Source of the DNA: Candidatus Poribacteria bacterium
GTDB taxonomy: Bacteria; Poribacteria; WGA-4E; WGA-3G
Direction of reading: 5' to 3'
NCBI GenBank assembly: GCA_965205025.1
Contig: CBDBFU010000014.1
Span: 416,147 to 480,146 of the forward strand
Length of the DNA: 64,000 bases
How positions within the stretch are numbered: position 1 is the stretch's first letter; each line of letters begins with the position of its first letter. Of the stretch, positions 10,651-20,678 are shown in pieces. The translations under genes were made by a program, and so were the position numbers. Below the pieces are notes generated by a model, which saw only the letters and a program-made list of their open reading frames with translations, was not told where the DNA came from and searched no databases.

Positions 10651-11628
10651 CTAAAACCCATCAGTCGTCCAGAAGATGTGATGTGATTGTATATCCTTTG
10701 CATTTGGTGCAGAATGACTATGCAGAAGGTTGGGCAGCTTATCAAATAATTCTTGCTGCATTTCTTCTTTGAACGCTGTGGGTTGTATTACACGATACAT
10801 CGTGCTTCCATATTTCTCGACTACCGGTGCATTAAATCCATCACCAATAGGAGCAGGATAGTCTATCTCAAGTTTCTCTTCATCCAATTTTGCAATTATA
10901 TCAGATATCATAGATTCAAAGAATAAATTCTCACTACCATCTTGACATATAGAATTTGATGCAGCAAACTCCTTAACATTGAGATGTCCGTTACGTCTAT
11001 TTGCAGAAACATATCCATCAATAGTACCGTTCCGTTCTGCAATCCACATACTTGAGGATTCTGTCTTTACCCAATCAGTCCAATATTCAAGTTTATCCCT
11101 TACAAAGATACCGTTGAATTTTTGTGAATAATCGTGGTATAGTTCTGCAATCTGTCTTACTTCGTTGATGTCTTCAAAGTTCATTGGTCGGATCTTCCAC
11201 GTATGCTGCTCTTTTCCAATTATAGTCTTTTTAGCCACATATCTGTCAACTTTTTCCCACCCTTCAATAGAGTAGATTCGTTGGCTTCCGTGTAACATTG
11301 AGATAGCAATATCTTTGGATTCCATAAATTCAATGGAATCCAATAATAACTGAGTAGCGATACCTTTTTTCCTGTATTCCGTTCTTGTACTAACTTCTCC
11401 TATACCTCCAACAGTTATTTGTTCGCCGTGGAAATACATCTTTCGAATAAAAACACGAACAGTACTAACAATTTGCCCGTCATCAACAGCAACGCGAATT
11501 CCCTCAAAATCCTTCCAAGGATCGTTGTACCAGTGATTAGAGAAATATTGACGTCCAGCAGAAAATACATGTGTTACATGATCAAGCCATGCTTCAAATT
11601 CATCAGGATTAAGTGCTCTATATTCCAT
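10651..11628 (-). CDS. GNAT acetyltransferase (Eis-like N-terminus)
   Basis: GGIGEVSTRTEYRKKGIA acetyl-CoA motif; start taken at MEYRAL. Confidence 0.8.
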   Translation of the reverse strand: MEYRALNPDEFEAWLDHVTHVFSAGRQYFSNHWYNDPWKDFEGIRVAVDDGQIVSTVRVFIRKMYFHGEQITVGGIGEVSTRTEYRKKGIATQLLLDSIEFMESKDIAISMLHGSQRIYSIEGWEKVDRYVAKKTIIGKEQHTWKIRPMNFEDINEVRQIAELYHDYSQKFNGIFVRDKLEYWTDWVKTESSSMWIAERNGTIDGYVSANRRNGHLNVKEFAASNSICQDGSENLFFESMISDIIAKLDEEKLEIDYPAPIGDGFNAPVVEKYGSTMYRVIQPTAFKEEMQQELFDKLPNLLHSHSAPNAKDIQSHHIFWTTDGF

Positions 11629-11640
11629 ATCCAATCTCAA

Positions 11641-13683
11641 TCAGAACTTTATGGTAAATTCGCCAAGAAATTGTCTGGCTTGATTACGACTACCAAAAAC
11701 TTCATATAGATCACCGGATACATCGTAGAAACGTCGTATAAAATTTCTACTTGTCTCTGCTGGATTTAGATCCGCATATCTAAACCATAGATTTGTTCGT
11801 GACCAAACATCCCAATTTACTTCAAGAACTGTAGAACTCGCATCTCCACTATCAATCCTTTGTTGTTTATTTAATTCAGGGAACAGAGCATCTTGTGTTA
11901 AGTCTGAAGTTCCATCAATTCTACCAACAGATAAGTTAAACTCCTTATATCTGTAGGGATTTGGATTTGTTATGTATTTCAGATTAGCAGCAAAAGCATT
12001 CTCCAATGCTTGGGTCTCAAAATCAAAACTATCTTCAATCTTCGGCGGTGTTACATAACGCTCATCCTGTTCACCATAGGTTAGCTCATCAAGGAGGGTT
12101 AGATGCCATTTTTCAGATAGACTATATGTCCAGCCAAATAAATTCTTAAGTTCCAACTGATTTAATTTATCATCAACGTCCACAGAGAAGTCTATATCCT
12201 CATAATCTTCAAGATAATTGTTGCTGAAATTGATAGCACGGGTGCTATAAAACCCATTCATGTGGGAAGGTTTCACAGTAAACCCAGTAACAGAATATTG
12301 AGTGATTGTAAAGTCGCTGGTATCCCGTAAATACAAATAACCTGAAGGATCAATATCAAGAAAAGTTAGGTCATGTTTTTCTTCACTAAGTTGGTCTGTT
12401 TCATATATGATTCTATCAATATATCTACCGTTGTTATCGAATTTCTGTATTCGTGAGATAACATTATGAAACATGGTTAGACGGATATCAGCACGTTTTA
12501 ATTCATCGGCGAGTTCTTCATCAGTTTCCTCATCTGTTTCATAATCATCATAGTAACGTCTATACTCAGCCTCTTCAAGCAATCGGAGCCGACGGTTCAT
12601 TGATGCTGTATCACCGAGAGTAATGTCATTCTGTGCAAATGGACCATATTGTGGACGAGTTGCATTTGAAATGGTATCAGCCAGTTCAATTTGTCTTGGG
12701 GTACTATCGCCAAGCTGCGTTAATGTAGGGGATAGTGCGATGACTTCCGGCAACCCACCAACTTTTCTACGGAATTTACTGGAATCCTTCACTAAAATTT
12801 CACCAGATGGTAATATAATCAAACTATTAGGTTGAACAAATTCACCGTTATCCCTACCTTTCGTACCAAATGCACGTACAAAATTCCCATTGGAATCAAA
12901 TTTCACTATACGGTTATTACCAGTATCAGCTACAAAGACATTTCCTCTTAGATCAATTGCAATATCAGCAGAATCCTTATCAAATTCACCATCCCCTGCA
13001 CCATATCTACCGAAGGTCTTCAATTTAGATCCATCCGCATCAAATTTATGTATTCGTCCGCGTTTAGCATCCAGTACAAACAGTTGGTTTTGTGAGTTAA
13101 TTGCAACACGTAATGATCTGTCATGTCCAGTTGGTTGAATACCAAATGCTGTTTTGCCATTTTCATCTATCATTAATTTCCCAGGTAGAGCAACACCCTG
13201 TCGTTCGTCTACAGGATCAACAAAGTATGTATACAATAGTTCACCTGTAGGATTGAACTTATATACACATGGTGTGAAAATATAGATTTTAGGTTCTGCA
13301 GTTTCAGCTATATGATGAGCTGTAATATCCGTTACATATATGTTACCAAAACTATCAACAGTCAGATGGCCTGGTTTTTTCAGGATATTCTCTTTTGATT
13401 CAGGATTGGTGGGTATTTGGAAGAGGAATTCCCCGGTTGGTGATAGTTTCTGAATTAATCTGTTTTCTGTATCAGAGACGTAAATACCGTTATTGAATGT
13501 GAGATGGATGTCTTTACCGAATGAACCTTGGGTAGATCCTTTACCTGAGAATTCCCGTTCAAATTTGATATAATCTATGGCATAAGTATTTTCTAATATA
13601 GGGAATACGAATATCAATAAGATTATGTATAGATGTAGGAAGGAAGAAGGTGTAGATTTTATATGTGTTTGTATTTTTTTCAT
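11641..13683 (-). CDS. Secreted NHL-repeat (beta-propeller) protein
   Basis: Signal-like N-terminus; repeats such as IYVSDTENRLIQK, VFVADTGNNRIVKFD, FGTKGRDNGEF; beta-rich C-terminus ending in F. Confidence 0.8.
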   Translation of the reverse strand: MKKIQTHIKSTPSSFLHLYIILLIFVFPILENTYAIDYIKFEREFSGKGSTQGSFGKDIHLTFNNGIYVSDTENRLIQKLSPTGEFLFQIPTNPESKENILKKPGHLTVDSFGNIYVTDITAHHIAETAEPKIYIFTPCVYKFNPTGELLYTYFVDPVDERQGVALPGKLMIDENGKTAFGIQPTGHDRSLRVAINSQNQLFVLDAKRGRIHKFDADGSKLKTFGRYGAGDGEFDKDSADIAIDLRGNVFVADTGNNRIVKFDSNGNFVRAFGTKGRDNGEFVQPNSLIILPSGEILVKDSSKFRRKVGGLPEVIALSPTLTQLGDSTPRQIELADTISNATRPQYGPFAQNDITLGDTASMNRRLRLLEEAEYRRYYDDYETDEETDEELADELKRADIRLTMFHNVISRIQKFDNNGRYIDRIIYETDQLSEEKHDLTFLDIDPSGYLYLRDTSDFTITQYSVTGFTVKPSHMNGFYSTRAINFSNNYLEDYEDIDFSVDVDDKLNQLELKNLFGWTYSLSEKWHLTLLDELTYGEQDERYVTPPKIEDSFDFETQALENAFAANLKYITNPNPYRYKEFNLSVGRIDGTSDLTQDALFPELNKQQRIDSGDASSTVLEVNWDVWSRTNLWFRYADLNPAETSRNFIRRFYDVSGDLYEVFGSRNQARQFLGEFTIKF

Positions 13684-13756
13684 TTTTCGCCTTTATTTCT
13701 TAGAATATTATACCTGTTGCATGTTAGGTGTGTCAAGCACAAGACGGCAGAAAAAC

Positions 13757-13785
13757 TTGCACTTACAGGGGTTATTTGGTAAAAT
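13757..13785 (+). promoter_or_regulatory. Sigma70-type promoter of the selenoprotein gene
   Basis: TTGCAC-17 nt-TAAAAT with extended -10 TG; AGGAGG RBS at 13807-13812. Confidence 0.55.
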
Positions 13786-13822
13786 TAAATAATCTGACAT
13801 TTAGTTAGGAGGATTATATAAA

Positions 13823-14053
13823 ATGGATATTAGAATTGAGTATTGCACTTCTTGAAACTATAAACCGAAGGCAGCCAGTCTGGCAGAAGCCTTAGAATCT
13901 AAGTATGGTGGTCAAGTTAAAAAGGTTAACTTAATTCCCAGTAGCGGTGGAGCATTTGAGGTATATGTAAATGATGAATTGCTCTATTCTAAGTTAGAGA
14001 CTGGGAAATTTCCATCAGATGAGCAGATAACAACATCAATTGATACGATATAG
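13823..14053 (+). CDS. SelW/SelT/SelH (Rdx) family selenoprotein, 76 aa, Sec at UGA 13853-13855
   Basis: Manual translation MDIRIEYCTSUNYKPKAASLAEALESKYGGQVKKVNLIPSSGGAFEVYVNDELLYSKLETGKFPSDEQITTSIDTI; Rdx motifs IEYCxxU, GxFEV, SK...G.FP; RBS upstream and hairpin just 3' of the UGA. Confidence 0.9.
13868..13893 (+). promoter_or_regulatory. Putative bacterial SECIS hairpin
   Basis: AAGGC-A-GCCA-GTC-TGGC-AGAA-GCCTT stem-loop starting 13 nt after the UGA, with G in the apical loop. Confidence 0.65.
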
Positions 14054-14066
14054 TAATTTCAGTATT

Positions 14067-14102
14067 AATGGGTATGGATTCTTACCATACCCATTTCCTT
14101 TT
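14067..14102 (+). terminator. Intrinsic terminator after the selenoprotein gene
   Basis: AATGGGTATGG-attctta-CCATACCCATT followed by TCCTTTT. Confidence 0.7.
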
Positions 14103-14142
14103 ATAAGAATACAAAAAACTTGAACCTTGTATATAACACTTA

Positions 14143-14284
14143 ACGTCAGTTTGATAATAAAAAATGTCATCTCGATAAACAGAATTTTGTCCTGAAGATT
14201 GTCTTTGTAGCACAAACTTTCCAGTTTGTGCATTCTGGTGTTAACTAAAAGATTGGGTTACAGTGTGTCTTATCAAACTCACGT
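14143..14284. mobile_element. MITE with 15-bp TIRs and a 9-bp target-site duplication
   Basis: ACGTCAGTTTGATAA...TTATCAAACTCACGT, flanked by direct repeat TAACACTTA (14134-14142, 14285-14293); internal GTAGCACAAACTTTCCAGTTTGTGC hairpin. Confidence 0.75.
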
Positions 14285-14342
14285 TAACACTTACATACGA
14301 TAGACTATCAGAGAATACATCTATCTGTAAATTCCTACACAC

Positions 14343-15413
14343 CTATAGAAACAGTACCCACATCGGTGTATCTCCTACTTCATAAACATCTAATTCAGAT
14401 AATAACCCAGTCTCACGGTTGATACGGTAGGTTGCTAATTTCCCTGAATCGCGACCACCGACAAAAAGAAAATTCCCTGTTTCATCAATATTAAAAACCC
14501 GAGGAACCGGTTCTGTAGGTTGATGTCCTAATGCAGTTAATTCTCCTGTCTCTTCATCAATCGAATACATTGCTACACTATTGTGTCCACGGTTTGTGGC
14601 ATACAGAAACTTACCATGAGGATCAATATGGATTTGTGCACAACTGTTATCCCCATCAAAATCGTCTGGAAGATTAGAAATTGTTTGAAATTCCCATAAT
14701 AATCCTGGGGCATCATGTGCAGTGTAGTCCGGTTTATCTGATGTATTCTTCACATCTGACTTTTTAGTCACCTCTGCTGTCTTGTATCTGTATGCAGAAA
14801 TACTTGATCCTTGTTCATTAGATGAATATATAATCGGTTTATTCGGACTTTCGGTATAATGACGAGGACCAATGGGTTCATCAGGATGATAGTGTCCAAA
14901 AGGATTTTCGGATAACATTCCTGTATCCTGATCAAATAGAAACTGGTAGATAGCATTTTCAGGAACTGTGTGTGGAACAAAGACATATCGGTTCGAGGCA
15001 TCTGTTTCAATGTAATGAGCGTGGGGTGCGGTTTCAATGGTTTGAAGTGGATCACCTTGTACAGTTCTATCCTCACCTATTTTATGTACTGTAACCATAC
15101 CTGCCCCGTAATATGCTGATAATAAGAATTTACCACTATTATCGGTGGCTATATAACATGTGTCTGCATCAAGATTGATTGTTCGTAATAGAGTGAGTTT
15201 CTTTGTTTTATCATCAATCCTGAAGGTTGCAATTTCTTTACTTGAACGGAGTCCAGCATATAGATAATTACCGCATGGTGATAATGTTAATGGACCTGGA
15301 GATCCGGTAACCTCTACATTTTCTTGAAATTCAATCTTTCCATTACTATTGTCAAATGTATATATAGCTAATCGGTTTTCACCGGCTATTGATAGATATA
15401 AGTGTGTCTGCAT
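14343..15413 (-). CDS. pgl: 6-phosphogluconolactonase / lactonase beta-propeller
   Basis: HAH, GPRH, LYATNRGHNSVA and PR.F motifs. Confidence 0.8.
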   Translation of the reverse strand: MQTHLYLSIAGENRLAIYTFDNSNGKIEFQENVEVTGSPGPLTLSPCGNYLYAGLRSSKEIATFRIDDKTKKLTLLRTINLDADTCYIATDNSGKFLLSAYYGAGMVTVHKIGEDRTVQGDPLQTIETAPHAHYIETDASNRYVFVPHTVPENAIYQFLFDQDTGMLSENPFGHYHPDEPIGPRHYTESPNKPIIYSSNEQGSSISAYRYKTAEVTKKSDVKNTSDKPDYTAHDAPGLLWEFQTISNLPDDFDGDNSCAQIHIDPHGKFLYATNRGHNSVAMYSIDEETGELTALGHQPTEPVPRVFNIDETGNFLFVGGRDSGKLATYRINRETGLLSELDVYEVGDTPMWVLFL

Positions 15414-15557
15414 TGATTATTCCTTGAAGTGAAGTATAGACCTTTAGATTACTTTGTTTCTATAGTTTAAAGTTAGTTTGATGTGGGGTATGAATCAACC
15501 AGATTTTAGAATTGATACGCCTAAAAACCTATGCTATTATACAAACAAAGGAGTAGT

Positions 15558-15842
15558 ATGACAATTCAAAAATTCCAAGAACAGATTGAAGCTATCTATT
15601 ATGAACGGGATGCAGAACGAGGTATTCCTCTTACTTTTACTTGGTTTGTTGAGGAAGTAGGAGAATTGGCTAAAGAGATTCGAAAATGTCCACAAGACAT
15701 GGATCGGTTACGCGAGGAATTAGCAGATGTTTTTGCGTGGTTATCTACTTTAGCAAGTTTGCTGGGGATTTCTCTTGAAGATGCAGCAGAGATTTATGCA
15801 GATGGCTGTCCTAAATGCAGTTCAACTCCATGTGAATGTTAA
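15558..15842 (+). CDS. MazG-like nucleotide pyrophosphohydrolase
   Basis: WFVEEVGELAK, EELADVFAWL, C-terminal CPKC...PCEC; AAGGAG RBS before ATG 15558. Confidence 0.85.
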   Translation: MTIQKFQEQIEAIYYERDAERGIPLTFTWFVEEVGELAKEIRKCPQDMDRLREELADVFAWLSTLASLLGISLEDAAEIYADGCPKCSSTPCEC

Positions 15843-15877
15843 CACACAAATACATGCTATAATTCTAATTGCATATA

Positions 15878-17161
15878 TTAATTTTCACTCAAGAAACGTT
15901 CAAAGTTACCACCAAATAAGTTATTCACATCTCGTTCGATTTCAGAGTGGGTTAGTGTCCAACTAACATCCAGAAGTGTCTTGTATTTCTCGTATAAGAC
16001 ATCTGAAATTATTTGCCGTGAATGATTCCATTTATAAACGAGTTGATCTAAGATTCTGGCATCCGAATGTTGTGGGATAATACTCAATCCCAACAACTCT
16101 ATCCTTTCACGTGTGATTTCTTCAATTACACTGGGATTATTCATAAACCACCAACATCCAAATATCATTAAATTCTTGAATTTCCTACCAATAACACAGA
16201 GTTCATGCTGGTTTTCACGAGATAGGAGAGTCACAAGGAACTTGTTGTCTGGATTCTCACGAAGTAGAGTTTCAAGACTGGCTAAATCAGCTTTACCTGT
16301 ACCATCCCCTGCCATTCTGAGTTGGGGATTCACAGCACGTTTAACACCTATCATCAGGGCAAATGGAACATTGTACTCTCGTGAGATCGGTAATATGCAG
16401 TTATCAAACAACCTTCCAAGTACACCATCTTCAGGATATTGGAAATCAGGCGGTAGTGAAACTGCCATATATCTTGGATTCATACGTTGGATCCAAGATT
16501 CCAAGAAGCGTCTCACTTCTTTATATCCTTTCTCGGTTGAAAGGGTAGGATCAACATCATACCCAAGACCACGCAAGTGTTCATAGGCAGTGTCTTCATA
16601 GCTATTAATTAGAACATCCATGCGAAGTGCTGCTTCAAAACGCGTATCTCCTGTATCTCCTGTTTCCCATACAGGTCCTTCCTCAGGATCAAATGGATCA
16701 TTCGTCATTACAACTTTAGTGACATTCGACTGTTCAAAAACTGTATCAATAAATGCTTCGACTGATGTACTATTGAAATAATCTCGATAGTCCTGCAGAT
16801 TCCTTGAACTAACATCCAATCCTAATTTATATAATGTAGTAACCACACCTCGACAGGCTTCGCTAACAGGTGAATTCTCAATAAAGAGTTTTTGCCAGAT
16901 TAGGTCTGCTTGTTGTGTTTTATCCATTTCCCAAAACTCATCGTATGTTATATCCGATTTACGAAACACTTCTGCTATTAGATAATGGTAGGTGAGTAGT
17001 TCGTCGATACCCCATAACAAGAGATCTCCGAAAGGAGGACTGAAAAGATGGGTGTGTATGTCTATGATTTCTTGATTTTCTACTGTATTCTCAATGGTGA
17101 TCTTTAACTTCTCATCTGATCTAATGTTGGTATCTGAATTATGATTTGGGAGAGTCATCAT
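15878..17161 (-). CDS. Glucuronate (uronate) isomerase, amidohydrolase superfamily
   Basis: DIHTHL, LLTYHYL, GCWWF, PQHSDAR; typical of the divergent BH0493-like uronate isomerases. Confidence 0.8.
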   Translation of the reverse strand: MMTLPNHNSDTNIRSDEKLKITIENTVENQEIIDIHTHLFSPPFGDLLLWGIDELLTYHYLIAEVFRKSDITYDEFWEMDKTQQADLIWQKLFIENSPVSEACRGVVTTLYKLGLDVSSRNLQDYRDYFNSTSVEAFIDTVFEQSNVTKVVMTNDPFDPEEGPVWETGDTGDTRFEAALRMDVLINSYEDTAYEHLRGLGYDVDPTLSTEKGYKEVRRFLESWIQRMNPRYMAVSLPPDFQYPEDGVLGRLFDNCILPISREYNVPFALMIGVKRAVNPQLRMAGDGTGKADLASLETLLRENPDNKFLVTLLSRENQHELCVIGRKFKNLMIFGCWWFMNNPSVIEEITRERIELLGLSIIPQHSDARILDQLVYKWNHSRQIISDVLYEKYKTLLDVSWTLTHSEIERDVNNLFGGNFERFLSEN

Positions 17162-17636
17162 TTAGCTCCGTACTTATTCTGGTTTGGATATAATTAATAA
17201 TTTCTTCTGGTGGGTGTTTTCCGAAGCGAACATAGATGCCACGGAAGTTTTCAAGACGTGTAGGCTTAGAAAATGGACTAAGCAGAATTCCATTCTTGTC
17301 GACATAGGAACTTTTAAAAGTATCCCACGAACGATTAGTGGTTGAGCAACAAGTTGAGACAGTGAGTGTGTCTAAATCACAATGGTAGTTGTATGGAAGA
17401 AAATATTTATACAGTGGTCCAATGAGTATACACGCAGAAAGAAATAGGAAAACAATCGATTGAAAACTGATATAGATGATACTAAGAATAATCGTTAGAA
17501 ATAACAGTAATAGAACAGATTTTATCCGATTTTCTACAATCGGGTGGACTTTCCAAGATAGGTCAGGAGTAGATTGTGGACTCCCATTTGAATCAGATGT
17601 ATCTTGATTAACTTTGTTCTGTTGTATTTCAGGCAC
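17139..17636 (-). CDS. Hypothetical membrane protein (2 TM)
   Basis: Two hydrophobic helices; co-oriented between secG and the uronate isomerase. Confidence 0.65.
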   Translation of the reverse strand: MPEIQQNKVNQDTSDSNGSPQSTPDLSWKVHPIVENRIKSVLLLLFLTIILSIIYISFQSIVFLFLSACILIGPLYKYFLPYNYHCDLDTLTVSTCCSTTNRSWDTFKSSYVDKNGILLSPFSKPTRLENFRGIYVRFGKHPPEEIINYIQTRISTELNDDSPKS

Positions 17637-17639
17637 GTA

Positions 17640-18098
17640 TTATTCCGGACTTCCCGGTGGTGTTATAGTTCCTTTAGTATCTTCTTCGGTTGTATCAGTT
17701 GTTTCTTCTTCAGTTGTTTCTTCTTCGGTTGATTCGTCAATCGTGTCCGTTAATGTTCCTTTAGAATCTTCTGCCTCTTCCTCCTGATCTGCCGGTGTTG
17801 CTTCTTGGGTCTGTTCAGTTTTTTCCTCTTCCAAAGGCGTAAGTGATCCATCTATTGATTCCCCATAAAACCGCATTAGAAACAGTGATATAACCATAAA
17901 ACCAATAGCAACCCAAGTTGTCAATTTACTTAAAAAAGATGCTGCACCATGACCACCTAAAACCGATTCCATTCCTGATCCACCAAATGCACTTGATGAT
18001 AACCCCTCACCCTTACTGTCTTGTAAAAGTATAATAAGTGTAAGGACAACACATACAGGTACAAAGATGATTACGACTAATGTTACTATGACTCCCAT
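17640..18098 (-). CDS. secG: Preprotein translocase subunit SecG with acidic C-terminal tail
   Basis: ILLQDSKGEGLSSSAFGG...FLSKLT, two TM helices; follows tpiA. Confidence 0.88.
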   Translation of the reverse strand: MGVIVTLVVIIFVPVCVVLTLIILLQDSKGEGLSSSAFGGSGMESVLGGHGAASFLSKLTTWVAIGFMVISLFLMRFYGESIDGSLTPLEEEKTEQTQEATPADQEEEAEDSKGTLTDTIDESTEEETTEEETTDTTEEDTKGTITPPGSPE

Positions 18099-18133
18099 TT
18101 TTTTCCTCTCTAATTTCTAATAAGTAATATAAA

Positions 18134-18895
18134 CTATCTTGATTGTTTGATGATTTCAGCAAATGACTCTGCATTAAGACTGGCACCACCTACAAGTGCA
18201 CCGTCTACATCTTGTTGTGACATTAATTCTGCAGCATTTTCAGGTTTTACACTACCACCGTACTGAATTCTTATTTGCGAAGCAAGTCTATCTGAATAGC
18301 ACTCTTTCAGGATATTCCGTATAAAACTATGCACTTCTTGTGCTTGATCTGGTGTGGCAGTTTTACCTGTCCCTATTGCCCAGACAGGTTCATAAGCAAT
18401 GACGCAGGATTCCATTTCAGATTCGGTTAGGTCTACAATTCCACCTTTAACATGATCATCTATTACAGATTCTGTCTTTCCTGCTTCTCTTTCTTCAAGG
18501 AGTTCACCGACACAGATAATAGGTTTTAATTCATGTGATAGAGCAGCTTTTACTTTCTGATTCACAGTTTCATTTGTTTCACCAAAGTACTGTCGTCTTT
18601 CAGAATGTCCGATGATAACATAATCACAACCGACATCCTTTAGCATCGGTGCGGAGACTTCCCCTGTAAATGCACCACTATCTTCCCAGTATAGATCTTG
18701 GGCAGCTAATTGAATGTTACTCTCTTCTATTACATTATATATATTGGATAGTGCTGTAAAAACTGGTGCTACTACTATCTCAACATCGGAAATGTCATCA
18801 ACTAATTTTGCTAAATCAGTTGTAAGTGAAACTGCCTCTGAAACTGTCTTATTAAGTTTCCAATTACCTGCTATGATTGGGGTTCGCATATTCAT
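18134..18895 (-). CDS. tpiA: Triosephosphate isomerase
   Basis: AGNWK, GHSERR, AYEPVWAIGTGK, YGGSV, LVGGASL. Confidence 0.97.
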   Translation of the reverse strand: MNMRTPIIAGNWKLNKTVSEAVSLTTDLAKLVDDISDVEIVVAPVFTALSNIYNVIEESNIQLAAQDLYWEDSGAFTGEVSAPMLKDVGCDYVIIGHSERRQYFGETNETVNQKVKAALSHELKPIICVGELLEEREAGKTESVIDDHVKGGIVDLTESEMESCVIAYEPVWAIGTGKTATPDQAQEVHSFIRNILKECYSDRLASQIRIQYGGSVKPENAAELMSQQDVDGALVGGASLNAESFAEIIKQSR

Positions 18896-18900
18896 CCCTA

Positions 18901-19914
<1,014 letters not shown>

Positions 19915-20212
19915 TTATTCCTCAATTCATTTACCCGATAGAGCGTTTATATAATATCTTCCAATTATTCGAATAAGCTAAAATCCTATTAATATACGGT
20001 CAGAAGTGGTTGCTCTTGAGGTAAGGAGTAAGCTGTAGAATTTTAACCAAAATTATCTGCTAATATTATTAATTTATTATACGATTCCGATATTATTATA
20101 CCTTATTTCATCCAAAATTGCAAGTATAGAGATCGCGCAGGGTGTGTAAACTTTTTGTCACTTTACAACAATGTTTCTTATAAAAACGAATCGTTCATAC
20201 AGATATAATTCT

Positions 20213-20666
20213 TCTTCTGTAGGAGGGAACTCCGATTCCCGACTCTAACATTTCTTCTGTCTGATGTGATTCCAACCCACGACCTTCAAGCTACTGTTCC
20301 CACCCCTTGGTAGGTTCGGTTTCCCGGGGAATGCCTTATGGCATTCCCCGGGTTTACAAACGACACTTTCTGTGGCAGAAGTGCTGCCAACAAGTTCACA
20401 TGAAAGTGGATTGACCAATTGTATTGTATCAAATATATCCGCTCTCTGCTTCTTCGGGGGATTTAGGAGAATAGGCAGGTTTGCGACCACGACCGAGTTT
20501 ATAGAATAAACCTTCGTTTTTTATGTGTTTTTACACAAAAAGGTGGGAATTGTTAAAAGAAAAGGTGGGAGGCATGACAGTCCACTTTTGAAGATTAACT
20601 ATTTAATTCAAGGGGTTGGAACAGGATTTTGAAGGATCGAGGATCGGAATCCGTTCCTACAGAAGA
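20213..20666. repeat. Inverted pair of GTAG-family REP-like repeats
   Basis: TCTTCTGTAGGAGGGAACTCCGATTCCCGA at 20213, inverted variant ending 20666; identical 30-bp copy at 40033-40062; variants at 41268-41338 and 30728. Confidence 0.8.
20310..20501 (+). ncRNA. Candidate structured non-coding RNA (family unknown)
   Basis: GC-richer intergenic stretch with a 13-bp perfect hairpin, smaller hairpins (one C-UUCG-G loop) and a closing stem 20310-20319/20492-20501; G-U pairs favour the + strand. Confidence 0.4.
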
Positions 20667-20678
20667 GAAGATCGGGAT

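Noticed and set aside
14036-14233. 65-aa - strand ORF
   Set aside because: Spans a MITE and the selenoprotein terminator.
20255-20400. RNase P-, SRP-, 6S- or tRNA-like snippets (TGCCACAGAAA, GTAAACCC, GTGGGTTGGAATC on - strand)
   Set aside because: Core signatures are absent (no GAGGAAAGTCC, no CAGG..GGAA..AGCAG, no cloverleaf or CCA) and the spacing is wrong.
20245-20490. 81-aa - strand ORF in the structured intergenic region
   Set aside because: GTG start without RBS and no protein motif; runs through a perfect DNA palindrome.
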